Source: Escherichia phage PHB11
Length of the DNA stretch: 64,000 nucleotides
Strand: one strand, 5' to 3'
Sequence record: MK524176.1
The notes under the pieces are model-generated. The model saw only the letters and a program-made list of their open reading frames with translations. It did no database searches and was not told where the DNA came from. Both the position numbers and the translations under genes were made by a program. Below, piece after piece: positions 34,265 through 44,360 of the stretch. Position 1 is the first letter of the stretch. Each line of letters opens with the position of its first letter.

Positions 34265-34510
34265 TTGAGAGAGAATAAAATGTTTAACAAAAGTAAAGCT
34301 GTGAGTCATGTAGCAAAGGTTGACAGCAAGATTGAAGAACTTGAGCGCATTCTTGCAAATGCCAGAGAGTCAATAATTAAAGAAGTTGAAGCTGTTGAAT
34401 CTCAAATGCAGCACCTAATGCTTAAACGTCAAGAGTTACGTGAGCATCTGGAATATATTGAAACACGAGAGCTAAAAGTTAACAGATTTTTAAGGAGTCC
34501 AAATGTTTAA
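34265..34510 (+). CDS. Hypothetical coiled-coil protein
   Basis: 81 aa ORF. Confidence 0.35.
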   Translation: MRENKMFNKSKAVSHVAKVDSKIEELERILANARESIIKEVEAVESQMQHLMLKRQELREHLEYIETRELKVNRFLRSPNV

Positions 34511-35258
34511 CTCAAGAGAATCAGTAAAAAACTGGAATCTTCGTTGCGGAAACACCCAAAAGCAACCTTACAGTGATGAGTATTGGGAATCTTTGAAATC
34601 CCAGTCTCTGTGTATGCTTGAAGAAGCGAAAGAGCTTGTAAAAGCAATTGAAGAGAAAGACCCCATTGAGACATTGGATGCTCAGGCAGATTTGCAATAT
34701 GTTCTTGACGGTCTAATTTATCTGTCACAACATGACCACAATGGCGCTATGGAAGCTGTTTGCCATAATAATGACCTGAAGTACACAGATGACTATGAAG
34801 AAGCTTTAAAACGTCTTGCAGATATTGAGAAGCGTACTGGTCAAGAGTGTATTATCAGAATGTCAGTAGTTGATGGTAAAGAGTGGTATGCGATTGTCCG
34901 TGCAGCAGATGGGAAGATTATGAAGCAATCAAATCTCCCTAAAGTACAGCTTGGTGAATACATTGTAGAGCTTGAAAGCCAAGAACTTTTTGTGGTAGTA
35001 TCTGAGACATGCGTTATCTGCAAAGGTATTGTAGGTAGCTTAAAGGATTTGGGTGTAGATGGTTTTGTAGAAGTTAATCCAATTACCTCTAAAGCAGATA
35101 AAGATTTCTGTAAAGAGAATGGACTATGGATTGCAGATATTGTCTACTACGATGGTGAGCAGTTCCATGTAACCTCATACCCGAAACTGAATTATGATGC
35201 TAATAACCTGAAGTGCTGGTTAAAAGGGGTTGGTTATGATGGATTCACAGAACATTAA
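34503..35258 (+). CDS. MazG-like nucleotide pyrophosphohydrolase domain protein (N-terminal third)
   Basis: EEAKELVKAIEE ... DAQADLQYVLDGLIYL resembles the MazG EExxE/ExxD helix pair; C-terminal 140 aa unassigned. Confidence 0.35.
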   Translation: MFNSRESVKNWNLRCGNTQKQPYSDEYWESLKSQSLCMLEEAKELVKAIEEKDPIETLDAQADLQYVLDGLIYLSQHDHNGAMEAVCHNNDLKYTDDYEEALKRLADIEKRTGQECIIRMSVVDGKEWYAIVRAADGKIMKQSNLPKVQLGEYIVELESQELFVVVSETCVICKGIVGSLKDLGVDGFVEVNPITSKADKDFCKENGLWIADIVYYDGEQFHVTSYPKLNYDANNLKCWLKGVGYDGFTEH

Positions 35259-35562
35259 TAAAGAAGGTGTGGCTCAGAAGAGCCACTTCTCAAACTACAA
35301 TATTTCTATGACGGTGTTTATGTATGACCCGTTACTTGAGAAGTATGGTGAGACTCCAGATACACTTCTGGATAATGAACAAGTTTTAAAAGCAGTCCTG
35401 TACAAATATGGGATTGATATTGAGAAAGAGTATTCCTTTGAAATCTGCCAACACAGAAATACTTTTGGTAAAGTTGTGATGGCTCCACTCTTCATGGGTG
35501 TAGAAAGAACTGACTATGGTTGGTTATATCTAAAAAGAAACTTGGAGAAATACCGTGTCTAA
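35230..35562 (+). CDS. Hypothetical protein
   Basis: 110 aa ORF. Confidence 0.3.
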   Translation: MVMMDSQNINKEGVAQKSHFSNYNISMTVFMYDPLLEKYGETPDTLLDNEQVLKAVLYKYGIDIEKEYSFEICQHRNTFGKVVMAPLFMGVERTDYGWLYLKRNLEKYRV

Positions 35563-35896
35563 AGCAAAAAAGTTATCTTATGATGACATTATCTCAGGTG
35601 CTAAGTTAGGTGTTGACAGTATCGGACAAGACGTTAAGCACGGAGACACAGTTATGTACTGTGATGACCGAAGAGGGAGAAGTGCAATCTTGTTTGGAAG
35701 AATTGTTTGCAAGATGCGAGGTAATTACGTTGTTGCAGACATGGATGTGAACGTTACACAAAAACTTGAAACACTTATGGATGATAATACATCATCATCA
35801 TGGTTCTTCCTGAATTGTATGCACACTTCTTCAGTCACAAAAGTAAGTGATAAGTTTTACGATATGTGGCAGAATGAGCAAATTTTCAAGATTTAA
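35555..35896 (+). CDS. Hypothetical protein
   Basis: 113 aa ORF followed by a terminator. Confidence 0.35.
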   Translation: MSKAKKLSYDDIISGAKLGVDSIGQDVKHGDTVMYCDDRRGRSAILFGRIVCKMRGNYVVADMDVNVTQKLETLMDDNTSSSWFFLNCMHTSSVTKVSDKFYDMWQNEQIFKI

Positions 35897-35902
35897 ACTA
35901 GT

Positions 35903-35925
35903 GAGCCTCTTCGGAGGCTCTTTTC
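35903..35925 (+). terminator. Intrinsic terminator upstream of nrdA
   Basis: GAGCCTC-TTCG-GAGGCTC hairpin followed by TTTT. Confidence 0.6.
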
Positions 35926-35942
35926 ATCTGTAGGATTCAAAA

Positions 35943-38177
35943 ATGATTAAGACAATTAAAAAATCAAACGGTACAGTAGTAAGCTTTGACCCAGAAAGAC
36001 TGAATAAGTGGGCATCATGGGCAGATAAGCGTGGAATTATCTGGTCAGAAGTCACTATGGAAGCCATGAAACGTGTCTATGAGGGTTGCACTACAAAAGA
36101 GATGCACCAAGCCATGATTGATGTTTGTGTTGATAAGCAAACTCAAGAGTACTCAGACATGGCTGGACGGCTACTTCTGGGAATTATCTACAAAGAAGCC
36201 TTTGGAGGCTTTACTAAGGTTCCTACGCTGGTTACCTTCGTTAAAAATATGGAGAGAGCAGGACTTTGGGAGAAGATGGACTATTCTCAGGAAGAGCTTG
36301 AATATCTGCAAGGGTACATTGTGCACTCAAAAGATATCTCTTATGGTTATGCAGTCCTGAAACAGTTCAGAGACAAGTATGGTATTCGTGATATCAAAAC
36401 GGGAAGACTTTTTGAGTCACCACAATTTATGTTTATGGGTATGGCTATGAAAGCCTTTGAGAAGCAACCAAAGCACCGTAGACTGCAAGATGTTATCAAG
36501 CTGTACACTTACCTATCTGACCTGAAGATTAATGCTCCTACACCTTATCTGAATGGTTTAAGAGCTACTAAATCGGGTTATGCGTCATGCTGTTTGATTA
36601 AGGCGAATGATACCGCTGAATCACTCGGTATTGCTGCAAAGGTTGCTTATGATATGACTACAAAGCAAGCTGGTATCGGGATGCTGATGGAGACTCGTAC
36701 TATTGGTGATGGTATCCGTCAAAATACTATTGAGCACATGGGTAAACTACCTTATTACAAGCTTGTACGTTCATCTGTAGAGGCAAACAAACAGAAGAGT
36801 CGTGGTGGTTCAGCTAACAACTTCTACACTGCTCTAGACCCACAGATTGAAGATTTACTGCGTTTGAAGCACCCTACAACGGTTCCTTCGAAACGTATTA
36901 ACGAGATGGACTACTCATTCGGCACAAATGATTATTTCTGGCAGTGTGTTCAATATGATACAGACTGGTTGCTTTTCTCTTACAAGGATGCACCAAAGCT
37001 CTATGACATGTTCTACACAGCATCTGCTGATGAGTTTGCTATGGCAGTTGGTCACGCAGTACATTCAGGTGTTAAGCACAGACGGGTGAAGGCTCGTGAA
37101 ATTGCTAAACTGTTTATCCAGCAGCGTTATGCAACAGGCCGTGTGTACCCATTCTTCACGAATAATGCAAACACACATACACCATTTAAAGAGCCTTTGA
37201 AGATGTCAAACCTTTGTATGGAAATTGTGTTGCCAGTGTACGGCTTTGAGAAAGAGACAGACCTTTACAGAGATGATGCTGTGAAAGAGGATGGTGAGGT
37301 AGCTCTTTGCTTCCTAGCTAGTTTGGTTGCAGGGAGAATTTCGGAAGATGAATACGCTGACGTTGCTTATTATGCTCTTGCAATGGTTGACTCCGTTATT
37401 GACCTTATGGATTATCCGTATCCGTCGATGCGCAACCATGTTCAGAAGCGTCGTTCTGTTGGTATTGGCCTTACAAATGTGGCTCATTACCTTGCAAAAA
37501 ATTACGTGAACTACTCTTCAAGAGCAGGTAAGACAAAGCTTCATGAGCTTGCTGAAATGCACTCTTACTACTTACACGAAGCTTCTTTAAGACTTGCTAA
37601 AGAACGTGGTGTACCTGAGTATATGCAGTTCACTAAGTATCCTGAAGGTTGGGTTCCTCCGAAGACAGCTAACAGGAAGATTGATGAGAAGCATGATGCA
37701 AAACTTCGTTATGATTGGGATGACTTAGCACAACGTATTAAAGAAAATGGTGGAATCCGTAACTCTGTATTAGAAGCTTACATGCCTAATGAGAGTTCTT
37801 CACTGGCAACTAATACGACAAATGGCTTGTATCCAATTCGTGACTTTATTTTAACTAAAAAGTCTGCAACTGGTAACGTACTGTTTATTGTTCCAGATTA
37901 CGAAGAGTTGAAGTATGTCTATGAAATTGCTTGGGATATTGACACCTTTGACCTGATTGATTGTTATGCAATTGTTCAAAAGTTCACTGGTCAAGCTATT
38001 TCTTCAGATTTCTATGTTGACTACGCAAAAGCTAAGAAGGTATCATTGGCTCAAGCTTTGAAGTACATGATTTATGCCAACTCAGTAGGTATGAAAACCA
38101 TGTACTACCTTAACAGTCGCATCGGTGTAGGTAAATCTGCACTACAAGATGCTTATTGCGAGGGTTGTGGTGTTTAG
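35943..38177 (+). CDS. nrdA: Ribonucleotide reductase class I large subunit
   Basis: N-terminal ATP-cone, active-site SNLCMEIVLP, tyrosine pair ...TMYYLN..., C-terminal cysteine pair CEGCGV. Confidence 0.85.
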   Translation: MIKTIKKSNGTVVSFDPERLNKWASWADKRGIIWSEVTMEAMKRVYEGCTTKEMHQAMIDVCVDKQTQEYSDMAGRLLLGIIYKEAFGGFTKVPTLVTFVKNMERAGLWEKMDYSQEELEYLQGYIVHSKDISYGYAVLKQFRDKYGIRDIKTGRLFESPQFMFMGMAMKAFEKQPKHRRLQDVIKLYTYLSDLKINAPTPYLNGLRATKSGYASCCLIKANDTAESLGIAAKVAYDMTTKQAGIGMLMETRTIGDGIRQNTIEHMGKLPYYKLVRSSVEANKQKSRGGSANNFYTALDPQIEDLLRLKHPTTVPSKRINEMDYSFGTNDYFWQCVQYDTDWLLFSYKDAPKLYDMFYTASADEFAMAVGHAVHSGVKHRRVKAREIAKLFIQQRYATGRVYPFFTNNANTHTPFKEPLKMSNLCMEIVLPVYGFEKETDLYRDDAVKEDGEVALCFLASLVAGRISEDEYADVAYYALAMVDSVIDLMDYPYPSMRNHVQKRRSVGIGLTNVAHYLAKNYVNYSSRAGKTKLHELAEMHSYYLHEASLRLAKERGVPEYMQFTKYPEGWVPPKTANRKIDEKHDAKLRYDWDDLAQRIKENGGIRNSVLEAYMPNESSSLATNTTNGLYPIRDFILTKKSATGNVLFIVPDYEELKYVYEIAWDIDTFDLIDCYAIVQKFTGQAISSDFYVDYAKAKKVSLAQALKYMIYANSVGMKTMYYLNSRIGVGKSALQDAYCEGCGV

Positions 38178-38232
38178 TTTTAATAACTATGAGGGTCGTA
38201 AAAGACCCTCTAAAATTAACTTTGGAGAAACT

Positions 38233-38490
38233 ATGAAAGACCTAATAGAAAAACATGAGAGACCAATATACTTGTTCTACAAACCCCGCAAAACATTATA
38301 CTACGTGAGCAGCACAGGCATCATGATAAAGCAGAATGATGACTTATGGGTAACTGGAGCCTCTTACATCTCTACAGCAGATGGTAAAATCTACGCAAGA
38401 CCTTACGAGATGTTCAATGAAGAAAATTGGGAAGTTTTAGACAGAAAACAAGCCTTAGAGATGATAAAGAAAGGAGAAATCACACTATGA
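38233..38490 (+). CDS. Hypothetical protein between nrdA and nrdB
   Basis: ATG at 38233 preceded by GGAGAA; the ORF track start at 38149 overlaps nrdA. Confidence 0.35.
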   Translation: MKDLIEKHERPIYLFYKPRKTLYYVSSTGIMIKQNDDLWVTGASYISTADGKIYARPYEMFNEENWEVLDRKQALEMIKKGEITL

Positions 38491-39560
38491 TTAACCAACA
38501 CCCAATCTTTTTAGGTGGTGAAAGAAAAACATTTGACTCCCTTAATAAACACTACCCAAAAATCTTTGAGCTATACAAACAACAAAAAGCGCAAGACTGG
38601 TCAGAAGATGAGTTCCCTTTTGAACAATCACGTCTTGATTTTGAGAGTGTGCCAGCATCAATGTCAGGTGTAATGCTTGAGATTCTTAAGTGGCAGTGGG
38701 AAGCAGATACCCAAGTTGCTAAGAGTTTAGCGTTTGCCTTTGCACCATTTATCTCTGATGACATTTATGCAACTGCAATTATGAAGCAGTCTGAGATTGA
38801 AAACCTACATGCTCTCACTTACTCGGAGATTGTAAGGCAATGTATTAAAAACCCTGAAACAATCTTAGATGAGATTAACCAGAATATTGCTGTGCAAGAC
38901 CGATTAAAAACTGTGAATCGTGTTCTTGAAGAATTGCTGGACGAAGGTATAAACTATCGGCTGAGTTATGTCCGTGACTCACTTCTGGACAAAGACCCTT
39001 TACACTTCCATAAAGTGATTTTAAAAGGTCTATTTGCAGTGACTGCACTTGAAGGTATATCTTTTATGGCATCCTTTGCGTGTACTTTTGCACTTGATGC
39101 TCAAGATAAATTTCAAGGTATTGCTCAAGCTGTCCAGAAGATTATGCTTGATGAAATCCTTCACACTAAAATTGATATTGAAGTTTTAAAAGAAACTTTA
39201 AGAGATGATGAGTGGCAAAAAGCTTTCCAACAAATTCTTCCAGAGATTAAAGTAATCTTAGATGAAGTAGTTGAAAGTGAAGAGAAATGGTCGTATTATA
39301 TCTTCTCCGAAGGACGTGCTGTAGTTGGGTTAAATACAAAGCTTCTTCATGAGTGGGTTTACTATAATGCTGCCCCACTGTATGATATGTTTGGCATTCC
39401 CAGAGATTTTGTAGCTCCTAAAGAACCACCTTTGAAGTATATGATTAAGAAGATGGAAATTGATAAAGAGCAGAATGCTAATCAGGAGCAACAGAACGGT
39501 GCGTATTTATTGAATACTGTTGTAGATGATTTGAATAGTGGATTTTTAGAGGTTCCTTAA
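38487..39560 (+). CDS. nrdB: Ribonucleotide reductase class I small subunit
   Basis: Di-iron/tyrosyl radical blocks SEIENLHALTYSE and DEILHT; start set at MINQHP (38487, AAAGGAGAAA upstream). Confidence 0.8.
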   Translation: MINQHPIFLGGERKTFDSLNKHYPKIFELYKQQKAQDWSEDEFPFEQSRLDFESVPASMSGVMLEILKWQWEADTQVAKSLAFAFAPFISDDIYATAIMKQSEIENLHALTYSEIVRQCIKNPETILDEINQNIAVQDRLKTVNRVLEELLDEGINYRLSYVRDSLLDKDPLHFHKVILKGLFAVTALEGISFMASFACTFALDAQDKFQGIAQAVQKIMLDEILHTKIDIEVLKETLRDDEWQKAFQQILPEIKVILDEVVESEEKWSYYIFSEGRAVVGLNTKLLHEWVYYNAAPLYDMFGIPRDFVAPKEPPLKYMIKKMEIDKEQNANQEQQNGAYLLNTVVDDLNSGFLEVP

Positions 39561-39802
39561 TGACTTATGTAATTTACTCCAAAACTGGATGCCCTCAGTG
39601 TGAGACTGCAAAGAATTTTGCAAAAGCTCGTGGTATTGACCATGTTGTAAGAATGTTGGGGCAGGATTATGAACTGTCAGACCTGATTGATATTGCACAG
39701 ATGCCAGTTCGTCAGATGCCATTCATCATGAAAACTGATGGTCAAAATCTAAAACCTGTTGGAACGCTACAGAATTTCATGGCAGAGGTGAATAATGCTT
39801 AA
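39560..39802 (+). CDS. Glutaredoxin/thioredoxin-like redoxin (RNR reductant candidate)
   Basis: CPQC active-site motif in an 80 aa protein directly after nrdB. Confidence 0.6.
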   Translation: MTYVIYSKTGCPQCETAKNFAKARGIDHVVRMLGQDYELSDLIDIAQMPVRQMPFIMKTDGQNLKPVGTLQNFMAEVNNA

Positions 39803-40001
39803 ACGCCTTTGGGAAGGCTTGGTTGTTGATGCACCAGCCATTGTGATTGGTATGCTTGTTGTTAACCTATTTACTGATTTTGAACAAGGTTCATTGTTTG
39901 GAGCCATGTTACTATGGGTTATCTTTGAAATATTAGAGATACAGCTAGGCATTACTGAAAAACTAAGAAAACTTGTTTCGAAGTTTTCTAAAAAGATTTA
40001 A
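39795..40001 (+). CDS. Small membrane protein
   Basis: Two hydrophobic segments (AIVIGMLVVNLF, AMLLWVIFEIL). Confidence 0.35.
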   Translation: MLKRLWEGLVVDAPAIVIGMLVVNLFTDFEQGSLFGAMLLWVIFEILEIQLGITEKLRKLVSKFSKKI

Positions 40002-40008
40002 AATGAAA

Positions 40009-40031
40009 AGGTCTCTTCGGAGACCTTTTTA
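40009..40031 (+). terminator. Intrinsic terminator upstream of nrdD
   Basis: AGGTCTC-TTCG-GAGACCT hairpin followed by TTTTT. Confidence 0.6.
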
Positions 40032-40049
40032 GCATGTAAAGGGGCAATA

Positions 40050-42194
40050 ATGAACAAAGTACAGATTATTAAAAAGAACGGCTCACTTGAAGAACCTGAT
40101 ATCAAAAAAGTTTTAGCAGCAGTAACTAAGTCAGCTAACAGAGTTGGGTATAAAGAACTCCCACCAGATGTTACCCAAGCTCTTGAGTCAGCATTTATGA
40201 GGATTCTGGTAAAGTCCACTAAGCAGAATAATTTGCTCATCTCGGTAAACGATATTCACAGTATTGTTGAAGGTGCTTTGGCAGAAGTCAATCACGAGAT
40301 TTATGAGTCTTACTCAACATACAGAAATTACCGTAAAGAGGTTGCTCAAAATTGGGATGAGCTTTACCAAAAGACTAAAGACACACTCTTCTTAGGTGAC
40401 CGTGAAAACGCTAACTTTGACAGTAGTTTAATTTCTACAAAAGGCTCAATTATTCGTGGTTACCTGACTAAAGAAATCTTTAAACAGTACCATTTAACAC
40501 CAGAGGAACTTGAAGCCATTGAAAAAGGGTTTATCTACATCCATGACTTAAGAGACCTAATTTTTGGTGGGATTAACTGTTGCCTGTTTGACATTGGTAG
40601 AGTACTGAAAGGTGGCTTTGAAATGTCTGGCATCGAATACTGTGAACCGAAGTCTGTACTGTCAGCCTTACAGGTTATCGGTGATGTAGTTCTTTCAGCA
40701 ACTGCACAGCAATTTGGTGGCTTTACTTTAGCAGAGATTGACAAGGTGCTTGTACCGTATGCTAAGAAGTCTCTACGCTATCATGCTGAGAAAGCAGCAT
40801 CTTACGGTATTCCTAAAGAACATTACCATAATTATGTCATGGAGCAGCTACAGATTGAATTAACTCAAGGTTTCCAGTCACTAGAGATGAAGCTAAATAC
40901 TGTACCTTGTAGCCGTGGTGATTTCGCATTCACAACTTTAACATTTGGTTTACTTGACTCAGACATGTCTAATGAAGACAACCGACTACAATACATGATT
41001 GCAAACACCATTCTTGATGTTCGCATGAATGGACAAGGTAAGAGCAAGAAGCCTGTTGTATTCCCTAAACTGGTTTATATTCATGACCAGAAGAGACACG
41101 ATGAGAATATCTGTCAAGGTCAACTGTACAGTAAAGCTATTGAGTGTTGCTCTAAAGCTATGTATCCAGATTTCTTAAGTGTATCTGGTCATGGTGCTGC
41201 AGCAGAGGCTTTTGAGCGTTCTGGCAAGGTAATTTCACCGATGGGTTGCAGAGCTTTCTTATCCCCATATTTTAACGAGAATGGAGAAGAGTTCTACGTT
41301 GGACGTGCTAACATTGGTGCTGTATCTTTGAACTTGCCAATGATTTACCAGTATTCTAAAGAGAATGGTTTAGATTTCTGGAAAGAGCTTGATAAGTACC
41401 TAGAGATGATTCGCAGCTTCCACAAGAAACGCTACGAAATGATTGCTAATATGCCAGCAAGCTCTAACCCTCTTGCATTCACACAAGGTGGTCTGTACAA
41501 AGGGACTAAGAAACCTACTGACAAGGTTGGTTGGGATATCGTGAAGTCTTTCACAGCTTCTTTTGGGGTTACTGCACTTGATGAGTTATCTGTTCTTGCT
41601 GAGGGTAAACGACTTCATGAAGTTGGAAGCTGTAGTTTTGCATACGATGTTCTGGCATACATTAACATGAAAACTGAAGAGTTTAAGAACGAAGATGGCT
41701 TCTTGTATGCGGTATATGGCACTCCAGCAGAGTCATTGTGTGGAACTCAGCTAAAACAGTTCAGAGATATGTTTGGCGTTATCAAAGGTGTTTCTGATAA
41801 GGAATATTTTACAAACAGTTTCCATATGAATGTTGCAGCAGATATCTCACCATTTGAGAAGCAGGACTTAGAAGAACCATTCTTCCATATCTGTAGAGGT
41901 GGTAGAATCCAGTATGTAAGGGTAGCTAACCCAGAAAACTTACCAGCACTTAAAAGTTGTATTACAAGAGGGATGTTGAAAGGTTTTTATCAGGGACTTA
42001 ACTTTGACTTAGCAATCTGTGAACATTGTGGTAACAGACCAAAGGCTGATGTTGAAGAATGTGAGGTTTGCCATTCACATGACATCTCTGTGATTAACAG
42101 GGTGTGTGGGTATCTTGGGTGGACTAAGATTAAAGGCGAATCCCGAATGAACGATGCAAAAATTGCTGAGATTCGTGATAGAGTCTCTATGTAA
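40050..42194 (+). CDS. nrdD: Anaerobic ribonucleotide reductase (class III)
   Basis: N-terminal ATP-cone, C-terminal zinc ribbon CEHCGN...CEVCH and glycyl-radical motif RVCGYLGW. Confidence 0.85.
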   Translation: MNKVQIIKKNGSLEEPDIKKVLAAVTKSANRVGYKELPPDVTQALESAFMRILVKSTKQNNLLISVNDIHSIVEGALAEVNHEIYESYSTYRNYRKEVAQNWDELYQKTKDTLFLGDRENANFDSSLISTKGSIIRGYLTKEIFKQYHLTPEELEAIEKGFIYIHDLRDLIFGGINCCLFDIGRVLKGGFEMSGIEYCEPKSVLSALQVIGDVVLSATAQQFGGFTLAEIDKVLVPYAKKSLRYHAEKAASYGIPKEHYHNYVMEQLQIELTQGFQSLEMKLNTVPCSRGDFAFTTLTFGLLDSDMSNEDNRLQYMIANTILDVRMNGQGKSKKPVVFPKLVYIHDQKRHDENICQGQLYSKAIECCSKAMYPDFLSVSGHGAAAEAFERSGKVISPMGCRAFLSPYFNENGEEFYVGRANIGAVSLNLPMIYQYSKENGLDFWKELDKYLEMIRSFHKKRYEMIANMPASSNPLAFTQGGLYKGTKKPTDKVGWDIVKSFTASFGVTALDELSVLAEGKRLHEVGSCSFAYDVLAYINMKTEEFKNEDGFLYAVYGTPAESLCGTQLKQFRDMFGVIKGVSDKEYFTNSFHMNVAADISPFEKQDLEEPFFHICRGGRIQYVRVANPENLPALKSCITRGMLKGFYQGLNFDLAICEHCGNRPKADVEECEVCHSHDISVINRVCGYLGWTKIKGESRMNDAKIAEIRDRVSM

Positions 42195-42349
42195 AACTTG
42201 ACAAGGTGGTGTGGGTCTTGATAGGCTTACATCACCTTTTTTTATTGGATGTTAGATATGGCAGAGAGTATTATTGGGTTGTTCATAGGTTCTGTCTTAC
42301 TAGGGTTCTTTTTAGGACTTTCTTATTGTGAATTGAGAGATAAGTTAAA

Positions 42350-42550
42350 ATGTTTAAAATATCAAAAACGTTGATATACATACTCCACATTCTAATCTTC
42401 TTCTTTGGGGTTAGTGTTATGGTATGGGGTTTTTCAGACCCACAATGGAGTTTATCATATCATGGACAAATGGATTTATGGTCATGCTTCAAACCATTTT
42501 TAGGGTTAGTTATAGCATTCAGTGCATTACCAACTAGGGTGAAATTATGA
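42350..42550 (+). CDS. Small membrane protein
   Basis: 66 aa with two hydrophobic segments. Confidence 0.3.
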   Translation: MFKISKTLIYILHILIFFFGVSVMVWGFSDPQWSLSYHGQMDLWSCFKPFLGLVIAFSALPTRVKL

Positions 42551-42942
42551 TTAAGTTGAACCAAAAACAGTTAGAGTGGATTAAAGACTACGCCTCAGAG
42601 TGTGGCTCTTGCGAAAAGAATCACGTAAAATACTCAACATTCCATACAATCTTCACATTGTACATCAGCGACAATGTTCTAAGTGATTCCGTGGAAGACG
42701 GTGTAGCGTTACCTAATGAGTTACTTGATAAACTAGCTGTAGTCACTGGAACTTGGTCTGAAGAAGACGGTCATGAATTATCTGATGATGTTGTCTTCTA
42801 CACTCTTGAAAACATCATGAATCCAGAGTACATTATGCTAATGACTTGTGCACAAGACTGTGTGCCATTACAAAACTTCATTAAAGAACACTGTGAAGAG
42901 TTTATTACTAAACAGGTTCCTTGTCAGGTAGTGTTTGAATAA
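42547..42942 (+). CDS. Hypothetical Cys-rich protein
   Basis: 131 aa ORF between nrdD and nrdG. Confidence 0.35.
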   Translation: MIKLNQKQLEWIKDYASECGSCEKNHVKYSTFHTIFTLYISDNVLSDSVEDGVALPNELLDKLAVVTGTWSEEDGHELSDDVVFYTLENIMNPEYIMLMTCAQDCVPLQNFIKEHCEEFITKQVPCQVVFE

Positions 42943-42977
42943 GTAAAACAATTAAATAATATTGGTGAGGTAACTAG

Positions 42978-43463
42978 ATGAATTACATGGAGATTCGACC
43001 ATTTGACACAGCTAATGGTGAAGGGGTTCGTGTAAGCCTCTTCGTAGCTGGCTGTAAACATCACTGTGAAGGCTGCTTTAACAGGGAGTCTTGGAAGTTT
43101 AATGCTGGTAAAGAGTTTACTTATGCAAACCTCTACGGCATCATCAAGTTAATGGATGATAATGCTATCAGTGGGCTGTCAATACTGGGTGGGGAGCCTC
43201 TGGATGACAGAAACATTCAAGAGGTCACCAACATATGCAAGCGTATTAAAACTGTTTATCCAGAAAAGTCTATATGGCTTTGGACAGGTTTTCAACTACA
43301 CGAAAAAATCCACTTAGATGTGATGAAATATGTTGACGTGGTAATTGATGGTAAGTATGATTCTTCTAAACCAACAGTTAAACCATACCGTGGCTCTGAT
43401 AACCAAAACCTCTGGAGAAAAGAATATGGGTGGCAAGGCGATTGTCAATGGCGAGCAGAATGA
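42978..43463 (+). CDS. nrdG: Anaerobic RNR activating enzyme (radical SAM)
   Basis: CxxxCxxC cluster CKHHCEGC near the N-terminus; position after nrdD. Confidence 0.75.
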   Translation: MNYMEIRPFDTANGEGVRVSLFVAGCKHHCEGCFNRESWKFNAGKEFTYANLYGIIKLMDDNAISGLSILGGEPLDDRNIQEVTNICKRIKTVYPEKSIWLWTGFQLHEKIHLDVMKYVDVVIDGKYDSSKPTVKPYRGSDNQNLWRKEYGWQGDCQWRAE

Positions 43464-43701
43464 TTATTCTGGCAAGTGGACTTATGACATCAACAAGTTA
43501 GATGCCTGGATTATTTATACAAGAGAAAAATTTGGTGCACATTCATTATGTGCTCTTGCAACGATTGTAAAGAATGTAACCTTTGTCATACACGAGTCAG
43601 ATAAATTTGGAGACTTCTACAGGATTCAAAACATGAGAGAGGGTATCACTCCAATAGGAATCACTGAAGAAGAACTTCATAAGTTCTGCATTAAACTTTA
43701 A
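43426..43701 (+). CDS. Hypothetical protein
   Basis: Internal Met with GGAGAA upstream; ORF track start at 43345 overlaps nrdG. Confidence 0.3.
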   Translation: MGGKAIVNGEQNDYSGKWTYDINKLDAWIIYTREKFGAHSLCALATIVKNVTFVIHESDKFGDFYRIQNMREGITPIGITEEELHKFCIKL

Positions 43702-43716
43702 TGAGAGAGACTAAAA

Positions 43717-43983
43717 ATGGGAATTTTAGGTAATATGAAGGCTGGCTTCTTGAAGGCACTGGCAAAAGCAGCAGCAATCATTTCTATGACTGGAAAGCAG
43801 GTTGGTGTAGATGCTTCAGCAGTTGCACAAGTTCTTGCAAGCCAAATTGAACAGCAGCCTTACATCCACGTAGGACGTGGGAAAGGTGGTAAAAAACAAT
43901 CACATCGACCAACTGGTGCAGCAGCAATTAAACGTGCAGCTAAAAAAGCTCGTAACCGTAAACGTAACAAGAAGGCTAAATAA
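43717..43983 (+). CDS. Small basic protein (possible nucleic-acid-binding)
   Basis: Lys/Arg-rich C-terminus ...RAAKKARNRKRNKKAK. Confidence 0.35.
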   Translation: MGILGNMKAGFLKALAKAAAIISMTGKQVGVDASAVAQVLASQIEQQPYIHVGRGKGGKKQSHRPTGAAAIKRAAKKARNRKRNKKAK

Positions 43984-43985
43984 TC

Positions 43986-44306
43986 ATGAGCAAAATTTAT
44001 AACACTCGTAAATTACAGATTTTCGTACTGTGCCAGTTTATGGCTAAAGAGTATAACTGCTACTATTGTGGTACAGGGTTCATTAGTGATAATGACGGCT
44101 CATATCTACCATTCAAAGAGGCTGTAAAACTCTTCAATGAAGAGAAAAGCTCTAAGAAAGATATTGAAAAGGTTAAGCTAACCTACAGCAAGAAAGATAA
44201 GAAGATTATCTGCCTAGATAACTTTGTAAAAGTTACTGGAGAAGCAAAAGAGTTTATGGATGAGAGTGAAATCTCATTCACAAGCATCTTGAAAGTAGCT
44301 CAGTAA
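43986..44306 (+). CDS. Hypothetical protein
   Basis: 106 aa ORF followed by a hairpin/T-run. Confidence 0.35.
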   Translation: MSKIYNTRKLQIFVLCQFMAKEYNCYYCGTGFISDNDGSYLPFKEAVKLFNEEKSSKKDIEKVKLTYSKKDKKIICLDNFVKVTGEAKEFMDESEISFTSILKVAQ

Positions 44307-44360
44307 ACAGATACTATAAGGGGACTGTAAAGGTTCCCTTTTTATTTTTATGGAGATACT

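Noticed and set aside
38149-38490. Track starts that overlap upstream genes (38149, 38427, 43345, 55117, 26880 and 19447)
   Set aside because: In each case an internal Met with a better-placed SD-like sequence gives a non-overlapping or minimally overlapping gene; the longer forms are not excluded but are less parsimonious
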